A program made the position numbers and the translations under genes. From NCBI GenBank assembly GCA_016777965.1, contig JADHQL010000002.1, positions 50,642 to 114,641 on the forward strand: a DNA stretch of 64,000 nucleotides. Direction: 5' to 3'. Under the pieces are notes generated by a model that had not been told where the DNA came from, ran no database searches, and saw only the letters and a program-made list of their open reading frames with translations. This document shows positions 17,316-25,642 of the stretch, in pieces. The stretch is from Fidelibacterota bacterium. Its GTDB lineage: Bacteria; Fidelibacterota; Marinisomatia; Marinisomatales; Marinisomataceae. Position 1 is the stretch's first letter; every line of letters starts with the position of its first letter.

Positions 17316-18275
17316 ATGAAAAATAAACTAGTTATAATATTTTCAGTATTCTTTTTGTTTACGGCTTGTGAACAATCGACTACTGTAAATTACGAGGGCG
17401 TTGAATCTGCTGGTAAATTTGAACCTGGTGAGGACAATGAACTTAATGGCAGTGCATACGTTTTAGCTGACGATAAATATATGGATATCGTTCAGCAGTC
17501 AACAGATGCATACAATGCAAGAGACTGGAATGCTATGAAATCTCTTTACAGAGATGAATTTGTTGAAAATATGTCAGAGGGTATGACTGAATATTTCGAT
17601 AATGAGGTCGAAACTCTTAATATGGATATTTTCGCAATGCTTCCTGTAAAATTAAAGGGTGATGATATTACTCGAGTTTTGACTTGGTCTGTTGAAGACA
17701 GATTATTTCAAAATGGACAAAAAGAAAGACATAATCTTTTTGAAATCTACTTTATTGATGAAGAAGGAAAGTTAGGTGGTTGGAATCAATGGTATAGACC
17801 AAATCCTAATCCAGAGTTTACTACTCACGGTTTACCAGAGGGTGGAAAATTTGTTGGAAGAAATCCTGATAACGATTGGTCTGGAAGACCTTTTGTATTT
17901 TCAAACAGAGGAGAAGTAGAAAAACTTGAAGCCTTTCTTGAGTTGGCAAATAATATGGATATTGATGGAGCTTTAGAGTATTTCACTAATCCGTTTACTT
18001 TCAATGATTCGGAAGTAACTCATGATGATATGAGAGAACTTTTTGAAGGCAGAAAGTCACAAACTTGGGATGCATGGGCAATGATTCCAGTAAAAATCAA
18101 AGATACTGATCCACAATCTGGATTAATTGTATGGTCAACTGCTAGAGTTGAATCAAAAGAAGGAGATGTTTGGGAAGCGGATGTTTCTGAAACATATTTC
18201 TTTGATTTAGATGGAAAAATTAGCTCTGTAACTCAGTATGCTAAACCAATATCGTCAACTGAAGATTCAGAATAA
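17316..18275 (+). CDS. lipoprotein with two NTF2/SnoaL-like halves (paralog 2)
   Basis: Lipobox LFTAC. Shared blocks with paralog 1 are NYEGVES.G.F.P, ELNG.AYVLA.D.YM, GRP.VFSNRGEVE.LE, IKDTDPQSG and YFFDLDGKIS.V.Q. Confidence 0.6.
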   Translation: MKNKLVIIFSVFFLFTACEQSTTVNYEGVESAGKFEPGEDNELNGSAYVLADDKYMDIVQQSTDAYNARDWNAMKSLYRDEFVENMSEGMTEYFDNEVETLNMDIFAMLPVKLKGDDITRVLTWSVEDRLFQNGQKERHNLFEIYFIDEEGKLGGWNQWYRPNPNPEFTTHGLPEGGKFVGRNPDNDWSGRPFVFSNRGEVEKLEAFLELANNMDIDGALEYFTNPFTFNDSEVTHDDMRELFEGRKSQTWDAWAMIPVKIKDTDPQSGLIVWSTARVESKEGDVWEADVSETYFFDLDGKISSVTQYAKPISSTEDSE

Positions 18276-18287
18276 TCTTAAATAAAA

Positions 18288-18321
18288 CTTTTTGTTGGGC
18301 ATATTTTTGCCCAACAAAAAG
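18288..18321. terminator. 13-bp perfect hairpin (likely terminator/insulator after the paralog pair)
   Basis: CTTTTTGTTGGGC (18288-18300) pairs with GCCCAACAAAAAG (18309-18321) around the loop ATATTTTT. There is no clean U-tract on the plus strand, but one is present on the minus strand. Confidence 0.5.
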
Positions 18322-18348
18322 AATAATTACCTTAAATTAATTACCAAT

Positions 18349-18963
18349 ATGAACAATAAATTTATCATTTTAGCACTAATTTTAATTACACTAGGAGTTT
18401 TCTTAATGAATATGACACCTGAAGAAAGAGTTGCAGTTATATCTACAAAACATGGAGATATGGTAGTTGAGTTTTACCCAGACGTTGCACCAATGCATGT
18501 CGAAAGTTTTATTGCTTTAGCAGAAGAAGAGTATTTTAATGGAACCACTTTCCACAGAGTGATACCTGGCTTTGTTATTCAAGGTGGAGATCCAAATTCA
18601 AAATTAGATAATAGATCATTACATGGAACTGGAGGACGTGCTGGAAAGTTTTTTGGGCTTGGAGATGAAAATGACCAAAACACCTGGCTAATTCCAGCTG
18701 AATTCAATGATATTCCTCATACCAAAGGTATTTTATCAATGGCTCGAACAAATGATCCAAATAGCGCATCAAGCCAATTTTTTGTTTGCCACGATAATGC
18801 ACCTTTTTTAGACAAAAACTATACTGTTTTTGGAAAGGTTATTAAAGGTCTTGAAGTAATAGACTTAATAGTAAATGCTGAAAAAGACATGAACGATAAT
18901 CCATTAGAAAAAATTGAAATGACAGTTGTTATCAAAGATAGAAGCGAAGTAGTAAAAGATTAA
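18349..18963 (+). CDS. ppiB: peptidyl-prolyl cis-trans isomerase, cyclophilin type (membrane-anchored/periplasmic)
   Basis: FHRVIPGFVIQGGDP, SMAR...PNSASSQFF and TVFGKV motifs. ATG 18349 is preferred because the track start (TTG 18292) lies inside the hairpin. Confidence 0.9.
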   Translation: MNNKFIILALILITLGVFLMNMTPEERVAVISTKHGDMVVEFYPDVAPMHVESFIALAEEEYFNGTTFHRVIPGFVIQGGDPNSKLDNRSLHGTGGRAGKFFGLGDENDQNTWLIPAEFNDIPHTKGILSMARTNDPNSASSQFFVCHDNAPFLDKNYTVFGKVIKGLEVIDLIVNAEKDMNDNPLEKIEMTVVIKDRSEVVKD

Positions 18964-18987
18964 TTTAATTTTTATTTCGGGGGACAA

Positions 18988-20109
18988 ATGAAATATAATT
19001 CTTTTCAAACACCTGAGAGAAGGCTCTTGGGAGCTGGACCAACAAACCTATATCCTGAAATTTCAAAATCCTTAACAAAGCCTGAAGTCGGACACCTTGA
19101 TCCAAAATTTGTTGAAATGATGGATGAAGTTAAATCCATGCTAAGATATTTATTTCAAACAAAGAACGAATTTACCATTGCTATTTCTGCTCCTGGAAGT
19201 GCCGGTATGGAAGCAAGCTTTGTTAATTTGGTAGAACCTGGAGATAAAGTTATTGTTTGTGTAAACGGTCTTTTTGGCGGTAGAATGGTTGAAAATGTTG
19301 AAAGAATTGGAGGAGAAGCAATTGTTGTAAATGACGAATGGGGAGATCCAGTTTCTCTTGACAAGCTTGAAGATGCATTGAAAAAGAATCCAGATACAAG
19401 CGTTGTTGCTTTTGTACATGCTGAAACCTCAACAGGCGTCAGAAGCGATGCTAAAGAAATTGCTGAGATTGCAAAAAAGTATGATTGTTTAGTCATTGCT
19501 GATACTGTCACTTCATTTACTGGAATTCCAGTTTTGACAGATGAATGGGGATTGGATGCAGTATATTCCGGAAGTCAAAAATGTCTTTCTTGCGTTCCTG
19601 GATTATCTCCATTGACATTTTCTGATAAAGCTATTGAAAAAATTAAAAAAAGAGATTCAAAAATTCAAAGTTGGTTCTTAGACCAAACTTTGGTTTTAGA
19701 TTATTGGAGCGGACAAGGAAAGAGAAGTTACCATCACACAGCTCCAATTAATTCAATATTTGCCTTACATGAAGCTTTGAGGCTTGCATGTGATGAAACC
19801 CTTGAAAATTTATGGAAAAGGCATTTTGATGCTCATTTAAGACTTAAAAAAGGTCTAGATGAGATGTCATTTGATTTTGTTGTTGAAAAACAATATAGAC
19901 TACCTCAAATGAATTCCATTCACATTCCCGATGGTTATGATGATTTTGAGATTCGAACAAAATTATTAAATGATTATAATTTAGAAATTGGAGCAGGTTT
20001 GGGAAAATTTGCAGGAAAAATTTGGAGAATTGGGCTGATGGGATACAACGCAAGAAATGAAAGCGTTGATTATTGTCTTGATTCTCTAAAAAATGTTTTA
20101 AATAAATAA
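18988..20109 (+). CDS. class V aminotransferase (alanine-glyoxylate / serine-pyruvate aminotransferase family)
   Basis: 373 aa. PLP-lysine context YSGSQKCLS. N-terminus LLGAGP.N as in AGXT-family enzymes. Confidence 0.85.
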   Translation: MKYNSFQTPERRLLGAGPTNLYPEISKSLTKPEVGHLDPKFVEMMDEVKSMLRYLFQTKNEFTIAISAPGSAGMEASFVNLVEPGDKVIVCVNGLFGGRMVENVERIGGEAIVVNDEWGDPVSLDKLEDALKKNPDTSVVAFVHAETSTGVRSDAKEIAEIAKKYDCLVIADTVTSFTGIPVLTDEWGLDAVYSGSQKCLSCVPGLSPLTFSDKAIEKIKKRDSKIQSWFLDQTLVLDYWSGQGKRSYHHTAPINSIFALHEALRLACDETLENLWKRHFDAHLRLKKGLDEMSFDFVVEKQYRLPQMNSIHIPDGYDDFEIRTKLLNDYNLEIGAGLGKFAGKIWRIGLMGYNARNESVDYCLDSLKNVLNK

Positions 20110-20898
20110 TTCAGAATTATCATTCAAAATTTCTTTAGCTGTATCATATCCAATATCAATCAGTTCATTTGCTTTATGAAAATCCCATCCGTAAAAATGG
20201 TCTATTGGAGGTTCAATTAAAATATTAGGTTCATTATTTTTAAAGCTAAGGTGAGTAACATTATTAAGAATAATTTTAGCTGACCTATCAACAATATCAA
20301 CTATATTATATTTGCTGTCTTTCTTTTTAGAAGCTTGAAGACCGTAAAGGTTTACAGCAATTGTTCTATCAGATCCCATATCAATGATTGACTGTAATGG
20401 TACTGGATCAATTAATCCACCATCAACGCAAAGATTATCATTTACGTACGTTGGAGTTAGTACTCCAGGAATAGCAATACTTGCTTTAATTGCGTTGATT
20501 AAATCCCCTTTGTTTGACTCTATTTTTACATTATTTACTATGTCAGTTGCTACGGTTGTTAAAGGTATATTAAGCTCTTCAAATGTTCTTATATCGGTTA
20601 GTTCTTTAAAAATCTTAATAACCTCATTTCCATTCATAATTGATAGTTTTGGAAAAATAGGATCAAGTTTAAAAAGTACGTCTTTCATAAAGCTATTTCT
20701 TGATCTGACTTCTTGTTCGAATGTTTTAAGATTTCCAGAGGTATACAAAGCACCAATAAATGACCCAATGCTCGTTCCAGAAACATATGATATTGGTATA
20801 TTTAGTTCATCAATTGCATTTAATACGCCAATATGCGCATATCCTCTAGCAGCTCCACCACCTAATGCAATACCAATTTTGTAATTTTTTTTCATCAA
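20098..20898 (-). CDS. patatin-like phospholipase
   Basis: Oxyanion motif GGGAARG, GTSIGS (GxSxG), and catalytic Asp in VDGGLIDPVP. Its 3' end overlaps the convergent aminotransferase by 12 nt. Confidence 0.9.
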   Translation of the reverse strand: MMKKNYKIGIALGGGAARGYAHIGVLNAIDELNIPISYVSGTSIGSFIGALYTSGNLKTFEQEVRSRNSFMKDVLFKLDPIFPKLSIMNGNEVIKIFKELTDIRTFEELNIPLTTVATDIVNNVKIESNKGDLINAIKASIAIPGVLTPTYVNDNLCVDGGLIDPVPLQSIIDMGSDRTIAVNLYGLQASKKKDSKYNIVDIVDRSAKIILNNVTHLSFKNNEPNILIEPPIDHFYGWDFHKANELIDIGYDTAKEILNDNSELFI

Positions 20899-20954
20899 TA
20901 TTTTTATTATACTAAATAAATTATTAACTAATAAACTAATAAGGAATATTAACT

Positions 20955-22823
20955 ATGTATTTTAGACTTTTATTTTTTTACATTTTCATGTTTATGGCAT
21001 GTACACCAAATGACACTTCCAATAGTTCTGCAGTTCCACTAAGATCAGAAATTGATGACAAATATAAGTGGGACTTAACTAAAGTATACCCATCTGATGA
21101 GGCATGGGAGGAGGATTTAAAAAAGGTTAAAGAGCTTTCACCAAAGTTTGCTGATTATAAAGGAAAACTCTTATCAAGCTCTGCAAATTTATTAGAAGCG
21201 ATTGAATTGTCAGAAGAGATTAGCCAACTATTTGGAAGATTATTTCATTATTCAGCAAATTCTTTAAATACGGACTTAAAAAATGAAAAATACCAAGCCA
21301 TGTATCAAAGGGTAAGAAACGCAGCTATTAAATCAGGAGAATATAGTTCATATTATGCACCTGAGATGCTTGAGAAAGATTATTCAGTAGTTGAATCTTT
21401 TATGGATTCAGAACCTAAGCTGGCGATATATGAAAAAAGTTTTAAAGATTTATACCTTGATAAACCTCATACATTATCTGAAAACGAAGAAAGAATATTG
21501 ACCATGACTGGTAAAATGAGTGGTGTTCCAAGCGAGGCATATGAAATAATGAAGTCTACAGACTACAAATGGGGAACATTTCAAGATGAGTCTGGAAATG
21601 AAGTTACTATGTCGGAAGGAAGATATGGAAAATACACAAGCTCTACTGATCGAAGAGTAAGAGAAGATATGTATAAAGCTTTATATGTTCCTTTTGGTAA
21701 TACAATAAACACAATGTCAGTTTTAATGAAAGGTAATGTTGAAAAAAATGTTTTTTATGCAAATGTTAGAGGGTACAATAATACTCTAGAGGCTAGACTT
21801 AAAAGTGCTGGAATTTCTACTGATGTATATAAGAATCTAATTGCAAGTGTGAATGATAATTTAGAACCATTGCACAGGTGGGCTTCAATTAAAGCTAAAT
21901 ATTTAGGATTGGAAAAGATTGAACCCTTCGATACATATGCACCTTTATCTGAATTTTCTCGAGATTATACTTATGAAGAAGCGCAACAGATTGTAAAAGA
22001 AGCTTTGATGCCTCTTGGTCCTGAAATTCAAGAAATTATTGACATGATGTACAATGAAAACCTTATTGATGTTTTTGAAAACCAAGGAAAAGAAAGTGGA
22101 GCCTATCAATATTCAGTTTGGGGAGTTCCTCCTTATGTGAAGCTCAATTTTTCTGGAAAATTAGATGATGTATTTACTTTGGCGCATGAACTTGGCCATG
22201 CTTTTCACTCTTATTTAAGTGAAAAAAATCAGCCATATGTTTATAGCGGTTATAATACATTTAATGCTGAGGTAGCATCTGTTACTACTGAATCATTGCT
22301 AATGGACTATCTTATGGCCAATGCTCAAAATGACCAAGAACGAGCAGTTCTTATTCAGAAATATATTCAAGACATTGGATCGACATATTATAGACAAGCT
22401 AGATTTGCTGAGTTTGAATTAACAATACATGAAGCAGCTGAAAGAGGTGAAATTCTTACTGAAGACTTTTTGACTACCACTTTCGGTGATATTTATAGTA
22501 AATATTGGGGTCCAAGTATGCAAATTACGGAAGAAGAAGCATTTTCATGGGCTCGAATACCTCATTTCTACAGAAACTATTATGTTTATGCCTATGCAAC
22601 TTCATTTGCTGCTGGAGAAAAAGTTTCTGAGAGAGTTCAAAACGAAGGGCAAGCAGGTATCGATGGATTCATTGCTTTTTTATCGAGCGGTAGTTCAGAT
22701 TATCCAGTAGAATTACTTAATTTGGCTGGAGTAGATATGACCACTTCAGAACCATTTGAAGCTGTTTCTAGAAAAATGAATTTCTTGATGGATGAGCTGG
22801 AAAAGATTTTAGATAAATCTTGA
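20955..22823 (+). CDS. pepF: oligoendopeptidase F (M3B metallopeptidase), lipoprotein-type signal
   Basis: HELGHAFH zinc motif. 622 aa. N-terminal ...MFMACTP. Confidence 0.9.
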   Translation: MYFRLLFFYIFMFMACTPNDTSNSSAVPLRSEIDDKYKWDLTKVYPSDEAWEEDLKKVKELSPKFADYKGKLLSSSANLLEAIELSEEISQLFGRLFHYSANSLNTDLKNEKYQAMYQRVRNAAIKSGEYSSYYAPEMLEKDYSVVESFMDSEPKLAIYEKSFKDLYLDKPHTLSENEERILTMTGKMSGVPSEAYEIMKSTDYKWGTFQDESGNEVTMSEGRYGKYTSSTDRRVREDMYKALYVPFGNTINTMSVLMKGNVEKNVFYANVRGYNNTLEARLKSAGISTDVYKNLIASVNDNLEPLHRWASIKAKYLGLEKIEPFDTYAPLSEFSRDYTYEEAQQIVKEALMPLGPEIQEIIDMMYNENLIDVFENQGKESGAYQYSVWGVPPYVKLNFSGKLDDVFTLAHELGHAFHSYLSEKNQPYVYSGYNTFNAEVASVTTESLLMDYLMANAQNDQERAVLIQKYIQDIGSTYYRQARFAEFELTIHEAAERGEILTEDFLTTTFGDIYSKYWGPSMQITEEEAFSWARIPHFYRNYYVYAYATSFAAGEKVSERVQNEGQAGIDGFIAFLSSGSSDYPVELLNLAGVDMTTSEPFEAVSRKMNFLMDELEKILDKS

Positions 22824-23326
22824 GCTTAAATAAACAGATAAGAAAAATTCATTATTGGATATCTCCAATAATTTTTATCCCAGTAGTCATTATTTTTACT
22901 ACTGGGATATTACTCCAGTTTAAAAAACAGTCAAATTGGATTCAGCCAAATACAGAAATTATTTCAGATAGCAAACCTGAGGTCTTATCTTCTTATCTTG
23001 AAGTTTCAAAGAATGTTATAGAAGCTGAAATTAGTGGTTGGGATGACATTGACAGAATAGATATACGTCCTAGTAGGGGGATAGCAAAAATTAGATCAAT
23101 AAATAGTTGGGAAATTCAAATTGATTTGGAAACATTAGAGATTTATTCAGTTAGCTACAGAAGATCAGACATCATTGAATCTATCCACGACGGATCATTT
23201 TTTACAGATTATGTCAAATTTGGATTATTCGTGCCTTCTGGGATATTATTAATTGTTTTAAGTTTTACAGGAATATTTATGTTTTTACTTCCTATATTTA
23301 GAAAGAAAAAAAAAGGAAAGCCTTGA
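22820..23326 (+). CDS. PepSY-associated TM-helix-like membrane protein
   Basis: The N-terminus IRKIHYWISPIIFIPVVIIFTTGILLQF is typical of PepSY-TM proteins. A second TM lies at the C-terminus. 4-nt overlaps on both sides. Confidence 0.55.
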   Translation: MSLNKQIRKIHYWISPIIFIPVVIIFTTGILLQFKKQSNWIQPNTEIISDSKPEVLSSYLEVSKNVIEAEISGWDDIDRIDIRPSRGIAKIRSINSWEIQIDLETLEIYSVSYRRSDIIESIHDGSFFTDYVKFGLFVPSGILLIVLSFTGIFMFLLPIFRKKKKGKP

Positions 23327-24432
23327 TGAGAAAATATCTTTTAGTATTATTATTTAGTTTGTTAGCATCTCAAGAGTCATTAAATGAAGATATAAATTTA
23401 TCAATCGTTTCAACATCAAATGTATATTCTGAATTTTATGATTGCGGTTGTCCAAAAAATCCATTGGGAGGTCTAGCTCGAAAAACATTTTTTTTGAAAA
23501 ACATGATGCCTGGTCGAGATTCTATATTAATAGATGCAGGAAATGCCCTATTTGATAGCAATCAAATAAACCCCGATAATTTAACCATAGAGAATAAAAG
23601 ATTTAAAGCCAGGAATTTTGTTAAGACCTTAGAATTTTTGGGTCAAGATATAGTAAATATAGGATCTAATGATTTCAAGGGCGGAATAGATTTTCTGTTA
23701 GATGTTACAAGGGATTCGTCTGTAAACTTTATTTCTGCGAACTTGTATGACAAAGCTACAAACACTCTATTATTTAAGCCTTACCACATTATAGAGAAAG
23801 ATGATACAAAAATAGCTTTCATTGGATTAAGTCAATCTGCAAGGGTTAATTCTATCATAAATAAAAATTTTATTGAAGAAGGAAATAGATATATTGCTGA
23901 GCTTGAATCATCTGTAGATATCATTATTTTACTTGTTAATGTTTTAGATAATAATATTTTAGACTTATCTAAATCTTTCGAAAAAGCAGATTACATCTTT
24001 ATAAGTGGATCAACAGCACGAACAGAACCTAGGACAAAGCAATCTGACAATGGAGCTTTAGTTTATAGTGGCGGTATACAAGGAAAGCATTTAAGTATAC
24101 TTGATATAAGAATAAAAGCGCCAAATAAAGCCATAGAAGACGTTTCAGCGCCGTTTAATCGCTTGCAGGATATAGATTATCGCTTAAATCGATTAAAAGC
24201 CAAGAATCCATCAAAAAAACTTGAAGAAACTTATGCTAATCAACCAAATGTTCTTTCATTAATAGAAAAGTATCAAAAAGAAGCTACAGAGTTAGGTATA
24301 TCATTGGCTGCATATCAAAATAGGAGTATATTTTTCAGTGTGCCATTGACCCCAAATATACCAGACGACAAAGATGCCGCTACTTTCATTAAGGATATTG
24401 CTGATAAAGCCGGTTTTTCTCTCAAAAACTAA
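23323..24432 (+). CDS. secreted UshA/5'-nucleotidase-like metallophosphoesterase-fold protein with substituted metal ligands (probable pseudoenzyme)
   Basis: Collinear with the calcineurin-like N-domain pattern, but IVSTSNVYSEF replaces the usual ..HTND.HG. GGLARK is retained. LIDAGNALF replaces GD. IGSNDFKGG replaces GNHEFD. FISANL is retained. Confidence 0.5.
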   Translation: MMRKYLLVLLFSLLASQESLNEDINLSIVSTSNVYSEFYDCGCPKNPLGGLARKTFFLKNMMPGRDSILIDAGNALFDSNQINPDNLTIENKRFKARNFVKTLEFLGQDIVNIGSNDFKGGIDFLLDVTRDSSVNFISANLYDKATNTLLFKPYHIIEKDDTKIAFIGLSQSARVNSIINKNFIEEGNRYIAELESSVDIIILLVNVLDNNILDLSKSFEKADYIFISGSTARTEPRTKQSDNGALVYSGGIQGKHLSILDIRIKAPNKAIEDVSAPFNRLQDIDYRLNRLKAKNPSKKLEETYANQPNVLSLIEKYQKEATELGISLAAYQNRSIFFSVPLTPNIPDDKDAATFIKDIADKAGFSLKN

Positions 24433-24485
24433 CTTTATTTTTTTTCTTTTTTATAATTTAAAATTGTTTTATTATGACATGTTAT

Positions 24486-24558
24486 GCGAGTGTAGCTCAG
24501 CTGGTAGAGCACAACCTTGCCAAGGTTGGGGTCGCGCGTTCGAATCGCGTCACTCGCT
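24486..24558 (+). tRNA. tRNA-Gly (anticodon GCC)
   Basis: Hand-folded with acceptor GCGAGTG/CACTCGC, anticodon loop TTGCCAA, T-loop TTCGAAT and discriminator U. Confidence 0.9.
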
Positions 24559-25046
24559 CAATTCTTTGTCCATTCAAAAAATGAATCAATAATTCTCCTG
24601 TGAACATCCATTGAGCTTTGTTTTAATTCTTTAATTCTCAATGCATAGTACCAAGCTAAAATTTTAATATCTATATGTTTAATCATAATACCTGCTCCAT
24701 ATCTTTCAGATAATGTGGTATTAAACTTATTAAGGTGATAAACCGTTAATTTTTTTGAACTTTGCTTTAATGACTTATTTTTAAATGATTTAAAAACAAT
24801 ATATGTTTCAATAGCAGTTTTTAGGTTCATTTCTTTTTTCCCGCCTTCTTTTGCTTTAAACATTCTATCTAATTCTTTTTTTTGTTTTTTACAATCATCC
24901 CATGAAAGGGTAGGACCAAGCTTTCCAATAGTAATATTATAATACCTTTTTTTATTTTTTAATGGATCAAATGCATATGTAGAATACATTACATATCCAT
25001 CTTCTTTACCATTTCTTTTTCGTTTATATATACTACTCATAATCAA
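24558..25046 (-). pseudogene. tyrosine-recombinase (phage integrase) N-terminal fragment: arm-binding and SAM-like core-binding region only, catalytic domain missing
   Basis: 162 aa. IYKRKRNGKEDGYVMYSTYAFDP...YYNITIGK is an arm-type N-terminus, followed by a helical LKTAIETYI...LKQSS.K..VYHLNKF..., ...SMDVHRRIIDSFFEW region. No R..H.R..Y catalytic region is present. The stop codon overlaps the last base of tRNA-Gly. Confidence 0.55.
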
Positions 25047-25186
25047 AAATTATACTTAATTTAATGTTAATATAAACAATATAATAATATAACACACATT
25101 AATTATACACACTTTGTTAATAACTTTCTAAATTCATAAATATGTTAACTTACAGTAATCTAATGTTTTGTTAGAAACTTTTTTTT

Positions 25187-25642
25187 ATGAAAGAAAAAAT
25201 TGAAATAATAAGCAATAATCGTAAAGCATTTCATAGCTATACCATAATTGATAAATACGAATCTGGAATGATTCTTTTAGGTAGCGAAGTCAAAAGTTTG
25301 AGGGAAAAAAAACTAAACCTTAAAGATAGTTTTGTAACACTAAAAAAGAATCGCTTCTACCTAGTAAATGCTCATATCAGTCCTTATTCACATACTGGAA
25401 TAAAAGGTCATGAACCGACAAGGGATCGAGAGCTGCTTCTTCATAAAAAAGAAATAATCAAGTTAAAGAATGTTGTTGCTCAGAAAGGTCTTACTATTGT
25501 ACCTTTAAAAGCATACTTTAAGAGAGGAATTGCAAAAATAGAATTTGCTACCGCTCGAGGAAAAAAAATGTATCAGAAAAAAGAATCTTTAAAAATTAAA
25601 GATCTCGATAGAGAGGCAAAAAGAGAAATGAGAGAGAGATAA
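25187..25642 (+). CDS. smpB: SsrA-binding protein
   Basis: I..N(R)KA.H.Y.I....E.G..L.G.EVKSLR and LLLHK.EI motifs. 151 aa. Confidence 0.95.
   Translation: MKEKIEIISNNRKAFHSYTIIDKYESGMILLGSEVKSLREKKLNLKDSFVTLKKNRFYLVNAHISPYSHTGIKGHEPTRDRELLLHKKEIIKLKNVVAQKGLTIVPLKAYFKRGIAKIEFATARGKKMYQKKESLKIKDLDREAKREMRER

Noticed and set aside
20384-20884. 166-aa plus-strand ORF antisense to the patatin gene
   Set aside because: It lies entirely inside a well-supported minus-strand CDS whose patatin motifs are intact. Its sequence is low-complexity and Ser/Ile/Pro-rich with no motif. It is a typical shadow ORF.
25047-25186. 140-nt intergenic region upstream of smpB, checked for tmRNA (ssrA), an att repeat or another ncRNA
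   Set aside because: The region is extremely AT-rich. It has no tRNA-like acceptor/T-arm sequence and no GC-rich helices. It has no repeat of the tRNA-Gly 3' end. It most likely holds only promoters for smpB and the integrase relic.
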